A DNA stretch of 41,860 bases from a virus (lineage: Duplodnaviria > Caudoviricetes). The notes under the pieces were generated by a model that ran no database searches, was not told where the DNA came from, and was given only the letters and a program-made list of their open reading frames with translations. Both the position numbers and the translations under genes were made by a program. The DNA lies in the IMG/VR virus record IMGVR_UViG_3300038809_000015, positions 1 to 41,860 of that record. One strand, 5' to 3'. Positions 25,674-36,865 of the stretch are shown one piece after another (position 1 is the stretch's first letter; every line of letters begins with the position of its first letter).

Positions 25674-25689
25674 AAATTAAATGCCCCGC

Positions 25690-26403
25690 TTAATTTACCG
25701 ATAGGCCAAGCTTACCGATAAGCCCGGTTATAGCCCCTGTAACACTACTGCCCAGTGACGTATTCCCGAGCGCGGAAACCGTATTGGTCCAGGCGCTCCC
25801 CGTGGTTTTATCGCCGTTATCAATCTTTCCCAAATAGCTGTTAATCGCCTGCTCCGCACCGCTTTCGGTAATCAGTGGCTGTTCAAAGTCCCACAACCAT
25901 TGACGCTGCGGTAGCGGATCATTCGACCCCGTGACGTCCCGAACGGTACGCAGGATACAACCGCTATAAATCAGCGACGGCGTGGCCACGACGAACGTAC
26001 CACCAAGATTGGCATGCGCCTGCAGGACGGCCTGCAATGCGCTGAGCGTGACCAGCTTTGTCAACGCTCCGGTGTTTTCATTCACCGGTGCATCCATCAG
26101 CATGGGAATACGCAACGGTTGCGCCAGCAGTGCGTTAGCGGCGACAGCCTGATTAGCAAAGGGGTAACGACCGATATCGTAATCCACCATGCTGGAACCC
26201 TGTGCGGCGCGCCAGTGGCAGAAATATTTATCCAGGTCAGTCAGATTTACCGCGCCGCCCATCAGGTTGCTGACAAAACTGGCGCTCTGTGTCAGCGCAA
26301 CGATCGGCAGCATCCCTCCGGGGATACTCTGCGCGATACCGTCGCAAAGGATCACCGGTGAGATTTCAAACCCCAATTTGTAAAGTTCGCGGGTAAATGC
26401 CAT
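25690..26403 (-). CDS. Tail tube initiator/baseplate protein
   Basis: Directly after the tape measure. Confidence 0.6.
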   Translation of the reverse strand: MAFTRELYKLGFEISPVILCDGIAQSIPGGMLPIVALTQSASFVSNLMGGAVNLTDLDKYFCHWRAAQGSSMVDYDIGRYPFANQAVAANALLAQPLRIPMLMDAPVNENTGALTKLVTLSALQAVLQAHANLGGTFVVATPSLIYSGCILRTVRDVTGSNDPLPQRQWLWDFEQPLITESGAEQAINSYLGKIDNGDKTTGSAWTNTVSALGNTSLGSSVTGAITGLIGKLGLSVN

Positions 26404-28424
26404 TAACCAAATCCTCCGAGTTGCGTGCTCGAGACAATCGCGCTGCCGCCGGTGTTGTTGTACACCACCACACCCGAGCTGCCGCCCCTGCGCTGGTTAT
26501 CCAAGATTTGCTGTAATATCTGGTCGGTTTTGCTAGAAGACTGCTGAGTGAGTTGCTGCTGCGGATTGCTTTGTGTAGATCCCGGCGCGCCTGATCCGTA
26601 GAGCTTTATGAACTGCTCTCGAACCCGTCCTGGGTATTCACGATTCTCCTTGCTGCCGCGATTCTTGCCGCCGTTATACCAGCGCAGCATTTCTTCAACA
26701 TCACCGCCAGCCTGATTTTTCGCCCACTTCATTACCCTGGCACCGGCCATAATATTGTCGCGGGGGTTGTAAGGATCCTCACCGGGTTTAAAGTTGAAGG
26801 GCATCACCTGCATCAAGCCTTGCGCGCCCGCTTTGCTGACAGCATGTGTATTCCATGATGACTCTGCACCCGTTACAGCTTTAAGCAACTTGGGATCTAA
26901 TCCGTATTTTTTGGCTGCCTCTTCAAAATACCCATCGTAATCAGACGGTACCGCGGCTGATGATCGCCTATTACCTGATTGAGCATGTTGCTCAGGTTGA
27001 TTCCATTTGTTGTTTAAAATGCCATCATTGCCGGCGCGTAATTTCCACCAAGGCTGATTTCCATCACTACCGGAGGAACTGCCATCACTGGAGAAAAATC
27101 CCTTTGCCCCTTTCAACCATCCCCACACGCGAGGATCATCATCGCTGCCCGGCGTATAACTCTCCCCTGTCTGCGGATTGATCTGCTTCTCATCACTGAG
27201 AATTGTCGAGTTGGACTTAACATCATCCAATGTAATGTCGGTTTTTCCGGTAACCCAATCGATCACCTTGCCAATAACCCGCGCCAGCCTTTCAACACCG
27301 GTCATAAACGACTCAACGTCACTTTTGAAATCCGGGGATGCCAGGTAGTTACCGAGCTTCTGAATGCCATCTGCCAATCCATCGATCCACTTACCCAGTT
27401 CAGGTGATTTAAGGACGGAATCCACCGCCTCGGAAAATGCATCTGACAGCTTGCTGAGTTGTGGGGCTAAAGGACCAAGGCCAACGATAAATGATTTCTC
27501 AATCATTTTGCCGCTAAGGTCTAGCTGAACATTGAAATCCTGCCATTGCTTCAACTGCTGGTCGGTCAATTGCAGGCGCTGCTCATCTTTTTGCGCCTGC
27601 TTGGTCATTGCATCGATTTCAGCATCGCTCATTTTTTTAAAGCGATTGAGGTCGTCAAGCGTGAAATAGTTAGTCAGGCCGTAGGCTTCCGCGCCCTGCT
27701 GTGAGCTACCGTTGCGTACAAAAATATCGCGGGCGCTTTTTATCATCTGCGGCAACAGTTTCGCCGGATCCTGATCGGGGTTATCAATCCCCATCGCCTT
27801 AAACTGCCAGCGCTTGCTCAGGTCCAGTTGGCTGTCACGGATGGCACCCAAGGTGCCGACAGGATTGCCGAGCACCTTCTGGTAGTTCACCGCGCTGGAG
27901 TTAAGGCCTCCGGCGGTAGTACCTAACCCCATTGCAGTGAACCGCTGCGCAGAAGCCGAACCAGCCAGGCGATTCATCCCCCACAAGCCACCGGCCCCGG
28001 CCAACCCAGAAAACAGCCCCAGCACAGTCCCCCACGAGAGCAAACTCGTTGTGGCGTTTTTAATGTGGCCGGCCAGCTCTTTGGCATCCTTGCTGGCTTT
28101 ACTCAGGAATTTACTGGCACCACGATTTTTTTTGTTAAATTCAGACTGCGTTTTATTGGCTTTCTCAAGGTTTCCATTCAAACGGTCAAGGCCATCATTG
28201 ACAGAGGCGATGGCTGCCACCCCATCATTGAATGACTGGGTGATCGCCTCCGTGCTTCCCAGCACCTTCTCAGTCTGTTTGGCAGAATCCCCGATGCCCT
28301 GCGCCGCGCCGCGCCATTGCTCAGGCAGACCTTCAAGCGCTTTCTGGTACTCATTGAATTTTTCGAGGAACGCCTGAAACTTCTCGTCCTGAACATCAAT
28401 TTCAACAACGGATTTAGCTGCCAT
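26403..28424 (-). CDS. Tape measure protein with C-terminal lytic transglycosylase (SLT) domain
   Basis: Helical N-terminus; AESSWN...SKAGAQGLMQVMP...NI.AG...YNGG. Confidence 0.88.
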   Translation of the reverse strand: MAAKSVVEIDVQDEKFQAFLEKFNEYQKALEGLPEQWRGAAQGIGDSAKQTEKVLGSTEAITQSFNDGVAAIASVNDGLDRLNGNLEKANKTQSEFNKKNRGASKFLSKASKDAKELAGHIKNATTSLLSWGTVLGLFSGLAGAGGLWGMNRLAGSASAQRFTAMGLGTTAGGLNSSAVNYQKVLGNPVGTLGAIRDSQLDLSKRWQFKAMGIDNPDQDPAKLLPQMIKSARDIFVRNGSSQQGAEAYGLTNYFTLDDLNRFKKMSDAEIDAMTKQAQKDEQRLQLTDQQLKQWQDFNVQLDLSGKMIEKSFIVGLGPLAPQLSKLSDAFSEAVDSVLKSPELGKWIDGLADGIQKLGNYLASPDFKSDVESFMTGVERLARVIGKVIDWVTGKTDITLDDVKSNSTILSDEKQINPQTGESYTPGSDDDPRVWGWLKGAKGFFSSDGSSSGSDGNQPWWKLRAGNDGILNNKWNQPEQHAQSGNRRSSAAVPSDYDGYFEEAAKKYGLDPKLLKAVTGAESSWNTHAVSKAGAQGLMQVMPFNFKPGEDPYNPRDNIMAGARVMKWAKNQAGGDVEEMLRWYNGGKNRGSKENREYPGRVREQFIKLYGSGAPGSTQSNPQQQLTQQSSSKTDQILQQILDNQRRGGSSGVVVYNNTGGSAIVSSTQLGGFG

Positions 28425-28547
28425 TGAAATAGCCCTTCTGTCTTATTTCTTCCAGAATGAACCGCTGCCGGAAATGGAGCGGGCTTTTGTAGTTGCCGCA
28501 ATCCAATTCCCGACAGAGTTCGCTGAACCCCTCACAGGAGGCCCAGG

Positions 28548-29135
28548 TCAGGAGGGAATGTACGACAGTTCCTGCGGGGCTGGCGGGGTCGGGGTATCGG
28601 TATCCGTTTTCGACGTCGGTAAAGAATCGCGAAACGCCGTAGCACTCAATGAGACGAGTTGCCCACTGTACATATCGAGCGCTTTCCCCACAGTCCCCGC
28701 TATCAAGTTGGCTTTCTGAATGGCAGAGGCGACCATAAAAAACACCACTTCGCCCTCAACTTCACGGTATTCGTCCGGAGAAATAACCGCCTGCCTAAAT
28801 GCCGTTTCAAGCGGCACAGGACGCCATACGCCGTTATCATTGAAAATTACTGTCGTCAGTCGTTGAATGTCGTCAACGAGGGTCGGTTCACCCGCCGGGA
28901 CGCCCCCAGTATCCTGCCGTGCCTTGAGAATATTACGCAGCATCATCGCGGCCACACGCGGCGCGCCCGTCGCCCCCACAGAGGTGAAGAAGTTATGGAA
29001 CATATTCCCCAGCATCACGCAGTTTTCCTGCACCACTTCATACGGGAACGGCACAACGTGCAGGTAGACCAGCGATCCGTCGTCGCGCGTGATCGTGCTG
29101 ACGAAATTCAGTTTTTTATCAATTTTCATACCCAT
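28548..29135 (-). CDS. Tail assembly chaperone
   Basis: Between tube and tape measure; start-less -1 frame extension to 28414. Confidence 0.65.
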   Translation of the reverse strand: MGMKIDKKLNFVSTITRDDGSLVYLHVVPFPYEVVQENCVMLGNMFHNFFTSVGATGAPRVAAMMLRNILKARQDTGGVPAGEPTLVDDIQRLTTVIFNDNGVWRPVPLETAFRQAVISPDEYREVEGEVVFFMVASAIQKANLIAGTVGKALDMYSGQLVSLSATAFRDSLPTSKTDTDTPTPPAPQELSYIPS

Positions 29136-29572
29136 CAATCCCACATCTTGTCGTTGGTGGTGAGGTAGCCGGAAATTGTCGCAACAAAGCCAGCATCCGT
29201 ACCGTTGAGGGTGATTTCGTTAAAATTCACCAGGTAGCAGTTCAGGATGGTGTAGTTGCCGAAGGTGGTCGCATCCGGTGTAACCACCACCTCCCCCAAT
29301 GCGGTATCGGAGGCAAATTGCCGCTGATAACTGGCAGCAAGCCCCTGCGTTTTCAGCAAATGTACCGTCAAGGTCACCTGCTGGTAAGGTGCCTGGCTGC
29401 CCACGGTACCGGTCATCGTGGGGATAATGTCAGTGGCGACGGTATCCGGCCGCATGCTGATCCCCTCTTTGCCCAGGAATGACGCCGTGACGTTTAGCGC
29501 CGGATTGTCGGTAATACTGACCGCGCCCCGAACGCGGTTAAGGAATCCCTGCGGAACTAATGGATTTGGCAT
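29135..29572 (-). CDS. Tail tube protein
   Basis: 145 aa, beta-rich, directly after the sheath. Confidence 0.75.
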   Translation of the reverse strand: MPNPLVPQGFLNRVRGAVSITDNPALNVTASFLGKEGISMRPDTVATDIIPTMTGTVGSQAPYQQVTLTVHLLKTQGLAASYQRQFASDTALGEVVVTPDATTFGNYTILNCYLVNFNEITLNGTDAGFVATISGYLTTNDKMWD

Positions 29573-29575
29573 TTA

Positions 29576-30970
29576 TTACGCCCCCACAAAATTGGTTACG
29601 TTGAGGTTGAAGGTAATGGACTCAAAGCCGCGTTTCGGCGTGACAACCGCACTCAGGCCGCTGTATTTCCCATCGGCGTAATCGGATTGATTCAGGCTGG
29701 TGTAGTTGGCAAACGGTACGGCGTTGATCACCGCGCTGCCGGCATAGGCACCTTTTTCGTATTGTTCGTTAAAGGCATCCTGGTTGAGTTTCGTGTCGAT
29801 CACCTGACCGAGGATCAGCCCGTAGCTGATGCCAGAACGCAGCGTTTTTAATCCGCGGCGCTGCAAGCGGTCGATGCCGTTCTGCTCGTAGTAGAGCGGA
29901 TTGACGGTGGTGTTAGAGCCGTTAATGATCTCATTGGCCAGATCCATCTCCAGATTGATGGCGCACCAGGCCACTGCATACCAGTAGTTGAACGGCATGC
30001 CATCCAGCATATGGCCGGCGACCAGCATCTTGTTGCTTAAACCACCCTCAGCAGCCGTGCCGATGTAGTTGATGTTGCTGTCCTGCAGGGCTTTCAGCAA
30101 CTTGCCGTTCCCTGAAGGCGGATAATCCGTCACGCCATACATGAAGCGGAACGCCATCGGCGGCACCATATTCGACGAGCTGGGATCGTTGGCCAGCGAA
30201 GACTGGAACGGTGCCGCCATAGAGAACTCGGTGGCGCCAATGCCTGGAGCTTCAACGCCGGCGAAAACATTCGGGTATTTCCCCGACGCCCACGCTTCAT
30301 AGGTGGCAATGGTGGTGGTGACAAAAAACTTCACCAGCGCACCGGGCGAGGTGTAGCTGTTCGCCAGCGTCTTGAACGAGGCCTCTTCGTCCCATTCGCG
30401 GGGAACAAGGTAGGAGAAGAATTTTTGATAGGTGTTACCCAGCGAAATATCTTCGTCGATAAACTTGCTTAATGCCGTGATAGCCGCCGATGCACTCAGT
30501 TCGCCCAGTTCCAACACATAAACCGCTCGGCTGGTTCCCTGCGCCCAGTAGGTAGTATTCATCTGCTGGATTTCACCGGCCGCCACCGAAAGCACGGTCC
30601 CCATCGTTGTTGCGGTACCCGGATCTGTGCTCAGCGCATAGGTAAACGCCTTGTCACCAGTCACCGTGGCGGTATGCGCGCCGTTGTACCCCTCAGGTGC
30701 CGCACCGGAAATCACCACAGGCACCTTATCCCCGTTGGCCCAGCCATGCGCTTCGGATAGCGTCACCGTAACGATATTTGCCGCCCAGACGATTGCCGTC
30801 ATCGTTTTCGCCGACGCGACAATCGTTTTCAGGTCATCTTTTGACGTCAGCAACTCATAACTGCCTGGTGCCAACGTCGTCCCCCCGACAGAGACCAGCG
30901 CGCCAGATTTCAGCAGCTGGGTCGGCTTCGGTGGGTTGGTGACCGATACATTAATATTCACAATGGCCAT
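29576..30970 (-). CDS. Tail sheath (DUF3383-like)
   Basis: IVNINVSV N-terminus, PLYYEQNGI; size and position. Confidence 0.8.
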   Translation of the reverse strand: MAIVNINVSVTNPPKPTQLLKSGALVSVGGTTLAPGSYELLTSKDDLKTIVASAKTMTAIVWAANIVTVTLSEAHGWANGDKVPVVISGAAPEGYNGAHTATVTGDKAFTYALSTDPGTATTMGTVLSVAAGEIQQMNTTYWAQGTSRAVYVLELGELSASAAITALSKFIDEDISLGNTYQKFFSYLVPREWDEEASFKTLANSYTSPGALVKFFVTTTIATYEAWASGKYPNVFAGVEAPGIGATEFSMAAPFQSSLANDPSSSNMVPPMAFRFMYGVTDYPPSGNGKLLKALQDSNINYIGTAAEGGLSNKMLVAGHMLDGMPFNYWYAVAWCAINLEMDLANEIINGSNTTVNPLYYEQNGIDRLQRRGLKTLRSGISYGLILGQVIDTKLNQDAFNEQYEKGAYAGSAVINAVPFANYTSLNQSDYADGKYSGLSAVVTPKRGFESITFNLNVTNFVGA

Positions 30971-30974
30971 TTAA

Positions 30975-31916
30975 TTATTTCTCCACATAAATGGACGGGA
31001 TGGCAGACGTGATCAACTGGCGGGCGACATTCCTCATCCGCTGCTGATAGTAATTGACGCGAAATTTGATTTTCTTCCGCATGGCGATGATGTTGAGCTC
31101 GTTTTGGGTTACGCGCTCATCCTGCACCACGGGAATATTCATCACGCCCATCTCAGCATCATCGCTGAGCGTGTATTGCTGAACGTAGCGGAGAAAATCC
31201 TCTACGGATGCATTGCGCAGACCGGTGACCGAGATCGTTACATCCTCGGAAACCAACTGGTACTGGTTGGATTTTTCATCCAGATAAAAAGCGCCGGCGA
31301 CCGGGACCGGGTCGCTGCATTTCACCGTGGCATACGGCGGGGCCAAATTCTGCACTGACAGCATTGCCGGAAACATCGGCATGTATTGGTTCAATGACAG
31401 CCAGATCGGCAGCGAACTGGAGACCACCACATCCGTCAGATCGATATCGTCCGGCGAATTGATGATCTGCGACATCATGTGTGGGTAAATGGCGTGCCCG
31501 GTGTAGTGATAAATATTGGCGGGTTCGTTCAGCCCGGAACGGCGGGAAAACGCAAACCGGATACCGTAAAACTCACCGATGTAGAGCACCTCAGAGCCAA
31601 TATCATTGAAGGGATCGATGTCGGCCTGCGCGGTAAACGTCACCACGTTTTTGTTGTAGAGCTGCTCCTCATCCTGAATACTCTCCGTCGTCAGGTGCAG
31701 ATACCCTTTCACGTCCTTGGTATCCGGTTCACTGCCCGGATCATCGGCAATAATCGACGCCTTTACCCAAAACACAAAGCCATCAAGCGGAAGCACTTTC
31801 CTTATGTACTTCGTGAAGGTGACCACCTGAAAGCGGCTAAGGTCGTCAAGACCCTGTGTCAGGGTGGCGTTAAGCTCTGTTTTTGCAGTCTGCTGCAACT
31901 CACTCAGGGAAGGCAT
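30975..31916 (-). CDS. Neck/tail completion protein
   Basis: Position before the sheath. Confidence 0.55.
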   Translation of the reverse strand: MPSLSELQQTAKTELNATLTQGLDDLSRFQVVTFTKYIRKVLPLDGFVFWVKASIIADDPGSEPDTKDVKGYLHLTTESIQDEEQLYNKNVVTFTAQADIDPFNDIGSEVLYIGEFYGIRFAFSRRSGLNEPANIYHYTGHAIYPHMMSQIINSPDDIDLTDVVVSSSLPIWLSLNQYMPMFPAMLSVQNLAPPYATVKCSDPVPVAGAFYLDEKSNQYQLVSEDVTISVTGLRNASVEDFLRYVQQYTLSDDAEMGVMNIPVVQDERVTQNELNIIAMRKKIKFRVNYYQQRMRNVARQLITSAIPSIYVEK

Positions 31917-32334
31917 TCAGCACCCCGCTTACCCAGGCGCGCATCGCGGCCTGATAGGTTCCGGTATCAATGAATGACGGACGCGGCGGCCCTTTTTTGT
32001 TTTTGAATCGCCGGGATATACCATCCAGCGCTCGACGCGTTGGAACGCCAGGCAATCCGTTCATTTCGGTGTTATCGAGGAAGCCGACAAACAAGTCATG
32101 GATCCGTGACATCGACTCAGCGAGAGGGTCTTTGTCTGGAGGCGCACCGGCCATCATGTTCTCAAGCGACGCGGCCATGTCATTCGCCATCAGGTCAGCG
32201 ATGTCGTTACTGTACCTGTCGAAAAATGTCTGCATGATCTGGTACTTTTCCTCCAGATACTCGGCGACGTCTCCGGTCGTGGTGTTTTCGTCCTCATACG
32301 GGACATCAATCACCCCAAGATGGAAGGTGATCAT
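31900..32334 (-). CDS. Neck protein
   Basis: Start MITFHLG; PRPSFIDTG motif. Confidence 0.6.
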   Translation of the reverse strand: MITFHLGVIDVPYEDENTTTGDVAEYLEEKYQIMQTFFDRYSNDIADLMANDMAASLENMMAGAPPDKDPLAESMSRIHDLFVGFLDNTEMNGLPGVPTRRALDGISRRFKNKKGPPRPSFIDTGTYQAAMRAWVSGVLNAFPE

Positions 32335-32759
32335 GATAGCCCCCACAGGCTGCCGAACTGCTGGGCAATCATCAGGTACCGTCGGCCCCATGGGTCCTGC
32401 AGCATCTGCAGGTCAGCCAGCGACAGGTCTTTGAAGAAGTCCGGCACCAGGCGCTGAGCGCTGGTTGAGTTATCTCCGGCACCAGTAATTACGCCAGCCT
32501 TGAAATCGTTCAGGCCATACGTTTTCCTGAACTCGGCGAATACCGATTCCGTGCCATAGTTGACCAGGAAAGACGCGCCCAGGTTGTACACCGCAACGGT
32601 GTACAGGTTCGGCGTGACGCACGCGATATCAGGGTTTACCCACTCAACCGCGCCGCCATATGCCAGGTTGAAAGACGGCGAGTCGTCGGGAACCTGCGCG
32701 GCGGTCACGCCCATGTCAGTTCGAACGAATTCGATGAATCCCGACAGGCTCGTTGTCAT
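32331..32759 (-). CDS. Head-tail adaptor (DUF4054-like)
   Basis: DPWGRRYL motif; position after capsid. Confidence 0.65.
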   Translation of the reverse strand: MTTSLSGFIEFVRTDMGVTAAQVPDDSPSFNLAYGGAVEWVNPDIACVTPNLYTVAVYNLGASFLVNYGTESVFAEFRKTYGLNDFKAGVITGAGDNSTSAQRLVPDFFKDLSLADLQMLQDPWGRRYLMIAQQFGSLWGLS

Positions 32760-33238
32760 TTTTTCTTGCTCCCGGATTTTTCAGTCACGATTGTTTCGTT
32801 AACCGTTGGGGTGTCTTCGCTGTCTTCGCGGCCTTTCGCCTGCTCAGCGCTGACTTCCATTTCGCCGGAATAGCCGGTACCGCTTTCGCGCAGAGAACTA
32901 TCCAGAGCCGCTACGGATGCCTGGCGGCGGCCGTGGGCGCCACGGGTCAGGTGAATATCGTTATCGCGGATTGCTTTTTCGATTACCGACGCTGATACAG
33001 GCTTGTTCAGGCTGTAGCACAAGCCGACAAACGCCTGGCTCTGGTCGATTTTCGTCGAGTCAACCAGACCGTAAACCTGGTGATGCTGCACCACTGCGTC
33101 AACTTCTTCAGTTGAGCCATCCAGCACCATCATCTGATCGCCGTGGTTAATCGGGATCTGAATAAGGCGGCCGGTCTCCAGCTTGCGATAGGCGAAAATC
33201 TGGCGCTGCTTGGTGGTGTTAGCGATATAGAGTTTCAT
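32756..33238 (-). CDS. Hypothetical virion-cluster protein
   Basis: GAGGG SD; in operon. Confidence 0.6.
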   Translation of the reverse strand: MKLYIANTTKQRQIFAYRKLETGRLIQIPINHGDQMMVLDGSTEEVDAVVQHHQVYGLVDSTKIDQSQAFVGLCYSLNKPVSASVIEKAIRDNDIHLTRGAHGRRQASVAALDSSLRESGTGYSGEMEVSAEQAKGREDSEDTPTVNETIVTEKSGSKKK

Positions 33239-33251
33239 TGGTTACCCTCGT

Positions 33252-33287
33252 AAAAAAGCCCCTGCTGAGTCTCCCCGGCAGAGGCTT
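33252..33287 (-). terminator. Terminator after the major capsid gene
   Basis: Minus strand gcctctgccg...cagcaggggc-tttttt. Confidence 0.7.
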
Positions 33288-33306
33288 AACCACATCAAAG
33301 AATGGA

Positions 33307-34338
33307 TCAGGCGCTGTAATCCATGGACAGGATGGTGATTGCTTCCGGACGAACTGCCCAGCCTGCGGTAGAACGCATTTCGGACAGAACATCGATGGCA
33401 CCACCAGCGATCGGCGTCGGAATCTCGCGCGGCGCGGACATGTCGGTAAACATCAGCGCGTTCGCGGCAAGAGACGGGGTCAGCTTGGCGAATTCGTTGG
33501 TGTTCACAGTCGAGTTGACCATCGGCACTTCGACCTCAGGGATGGTGATTACTACCGCGTCGGTACCGCCAGCGCCAGCGCCGATCAGGGTATCGTCATA
33601 CACCCAGTCAACCTGGACGTTTGCGCCTTTCAGCACTTCTTTCACCGTGCCGCCAACGGTGTCAGTACCACCACCAGGACGCTGGTAAGAAGTCAGCTGA
33701 ACGATCTGCTGAATCTCCATGGCACCGAGAACGCGCTGCGGCCCCAGGATAACGACGCGCTGCTGGCGGCCCAGCTGCATGGTACGGGTCAGTGCGGCCT
33801 GAACGTGGCCCAGCAGATATACCGCCATCTGGCCGTGGTCATAGGTCAGCACAGTGGTGTTGCCGTTGCTGTCCGGTGGCAGGGACTCGGTAGTCGCGCC
33901 AGCGGTGTTCAGCAGGCCTTCACCGCCTGCTGGGTTCATGCCGTACAGCAGAGCAGAGCGCAACTGCTGGAAGATACCCTGACGCATACCCAGGCGCTGA
34001 GCTTCCGGCAGTGCAAAGTTCCAGTTACCGGCTGCAGCCGTGTCATGGTGATCGTAGATACCACGACAGCGGAACAGGTAGGTTGGAGTTGAAATCATCT
34101 TCGCATCCAGCGCCACGCTCGGCAGTTGGTTACCGTTACCGGACTGGCTGGAAGTGGTCTGGGTGCGAATGTCCAGGCGGCGCATGTAGACGTACTGGTC
34201 GCCTACGCCGAGACGGACTTGCGGGTTACCGCTGGCGATGGTTTCAAACGCACCTGACGCCTGCTGGTAACCAATGATCATCTCCGGCGCGATGTACGAC
34301 GGATTGACGATGGTGTAGCTGGGGGTAATTGCAGCCAT
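33307..34338 (-). CDS. Major capsid protein (DUF2184-like)
   Basis: 343 aa after the decoration gene; LLYG...EGLLN, GWAVRPEAI; followed by a terminator. Confidence 0.82.
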   Translation of the reverse strand: MAAITPSYTIVNPSYIAPEMIIGYQQASGAFETIASGNPQVRLGVGDQYVYMRRLDIRTQTTSSQSGNGNQLPSVALDAKMISTPTYLFRCRGIYDHHDTAAAGNWNFALPEAQRLGMRQGIFQQLRSALLYGMNPAGGEGLLNTAGATTESLPPDSNGNTTVLTYDHGQMAVYLLGHVQAALTRTMQLGRQQRVVILGPQRVLGAMEIQQIVQLTSYQRPGGGTDTVGGTVKEVLKGANVQVDWVYDDTLIGAGAGGTDAVVITIPEVEVPMVNSTVNTNEFAKLTPSLAANALMFTDMSAPREIPTPIAGGAIDVLSEMRSTAGWAVRPEAITILSMDYSA

Positions 34339-34354
34339 TTAATTCAGCTCCCGA

Positions 34355-35215
34355 TTAAAGTAAGACCAGCGCGCAGCTGTCGGTGTTGTTCCAGGTCAGG
34401 AAGCCCGTTGCGCTGTCATAGCTGACAGTCTTGGAGTTGCCTGATTCGATGGCGAGCACTTTTACCGGCAGCGTGATGTCGGAAAGCGTAACTGCGCCGA
34501 TGGTGCCCTGCGTGGTTGCATCTCCGCCTGGTGCAGTTGCCGGTGCATAGGTGAATGTTGTTGCGTTCACGACTGACAGCACGACCACAGTGCCGTTGTA
34601 CGCTGCAGGAGCGACGCCACTGATTTTCACGTACTGTCCAGCAGTCAGTCCATGAGCTGAAGCGGTTACTGCTGTCGCCACGCCATTGGCATAGGTCACC
34701 GCGGTTGTCGCAATATCAGAACCAGCGAAACCGGCAGCCGCCGCGGTGGTGATCTGGTTGTTGACGAAATCCCAGGCCAAAGCCGTTTTCACGGATGCGC
34801 CATTGGTGCCCAGCGCAACCACCTGCGCAGAAGCTTTCAACGGAACGCGCATGTTTGAGCCGAGGCGATAGTACGAAACGCTCATACCGGATGCGTACAG
34901 TGGCACCGGTGACTGTGGCGTGGTCAGGCCGTTGTGCGCCTGGTTGAATACGGTGAAGCCTTCCAACTCACCGACAGACACCGCATGGCGGATGTATGAA
35001 CCGCGCGGACTAGACTGCGTGCCTGACAGAAGTTCAGCCACCGGCAGACCGCCCCACAGAGGTTTAGTTTCCGTTGCCGCCACGGTACCCGCGGCCAGAT
35101 TCAAGCGGTTGGCCGGATCATCCAGAGCAATGCCCTGGACATAACCGTCCGATTGCACACCGAAGGAACCCAGCGCATTCGTGGTTGCCATCGGATTAAG
35201 AGATAAATTAGCCAT
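34355..35215 (-). CDS. Head decoration/cement protein with inserted beta domain
   Basis: Between scaffold and capsid; Ala/Thr/Gly-rich. Confidence 0.7.
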   Translation of the reverse strand: MANLSLNPMATTNALGSFGVQSDGYVQGIALDDPANRLNLAAGTVAATETKPLWGGLPVAELLSGTQSSPRGSYIRHAVSVGELEGFTVFNQAHNGLTTPQSPVPLYASGMSVSYYRLGSNMRVPLKASAQVVALGTNGASVKTALAWDFVNNQITTAAAAGFAGSDIATTAVTYANGVATAVTASAHGLTAGQYVKISGVAPAAYNGTVVVLSVVNATTFTYAPATAPGGDATTQGTIGAVTLSDITLPVKVLAIESGNSKTVSYDSATGFLTWNNTDSCALVLL

Positions 35216-35230
35216 GCTTTAGAGCTCCCG

Positions 35231-36856
<1,626 letters not shown>

Positions 36857-36865
36857 TTAATGCCC

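Noticed and set aside
33238-34092. 284-aa plus-strand ORF
   Set aside because: Antisense shadow of the major capsid gene with no motifs
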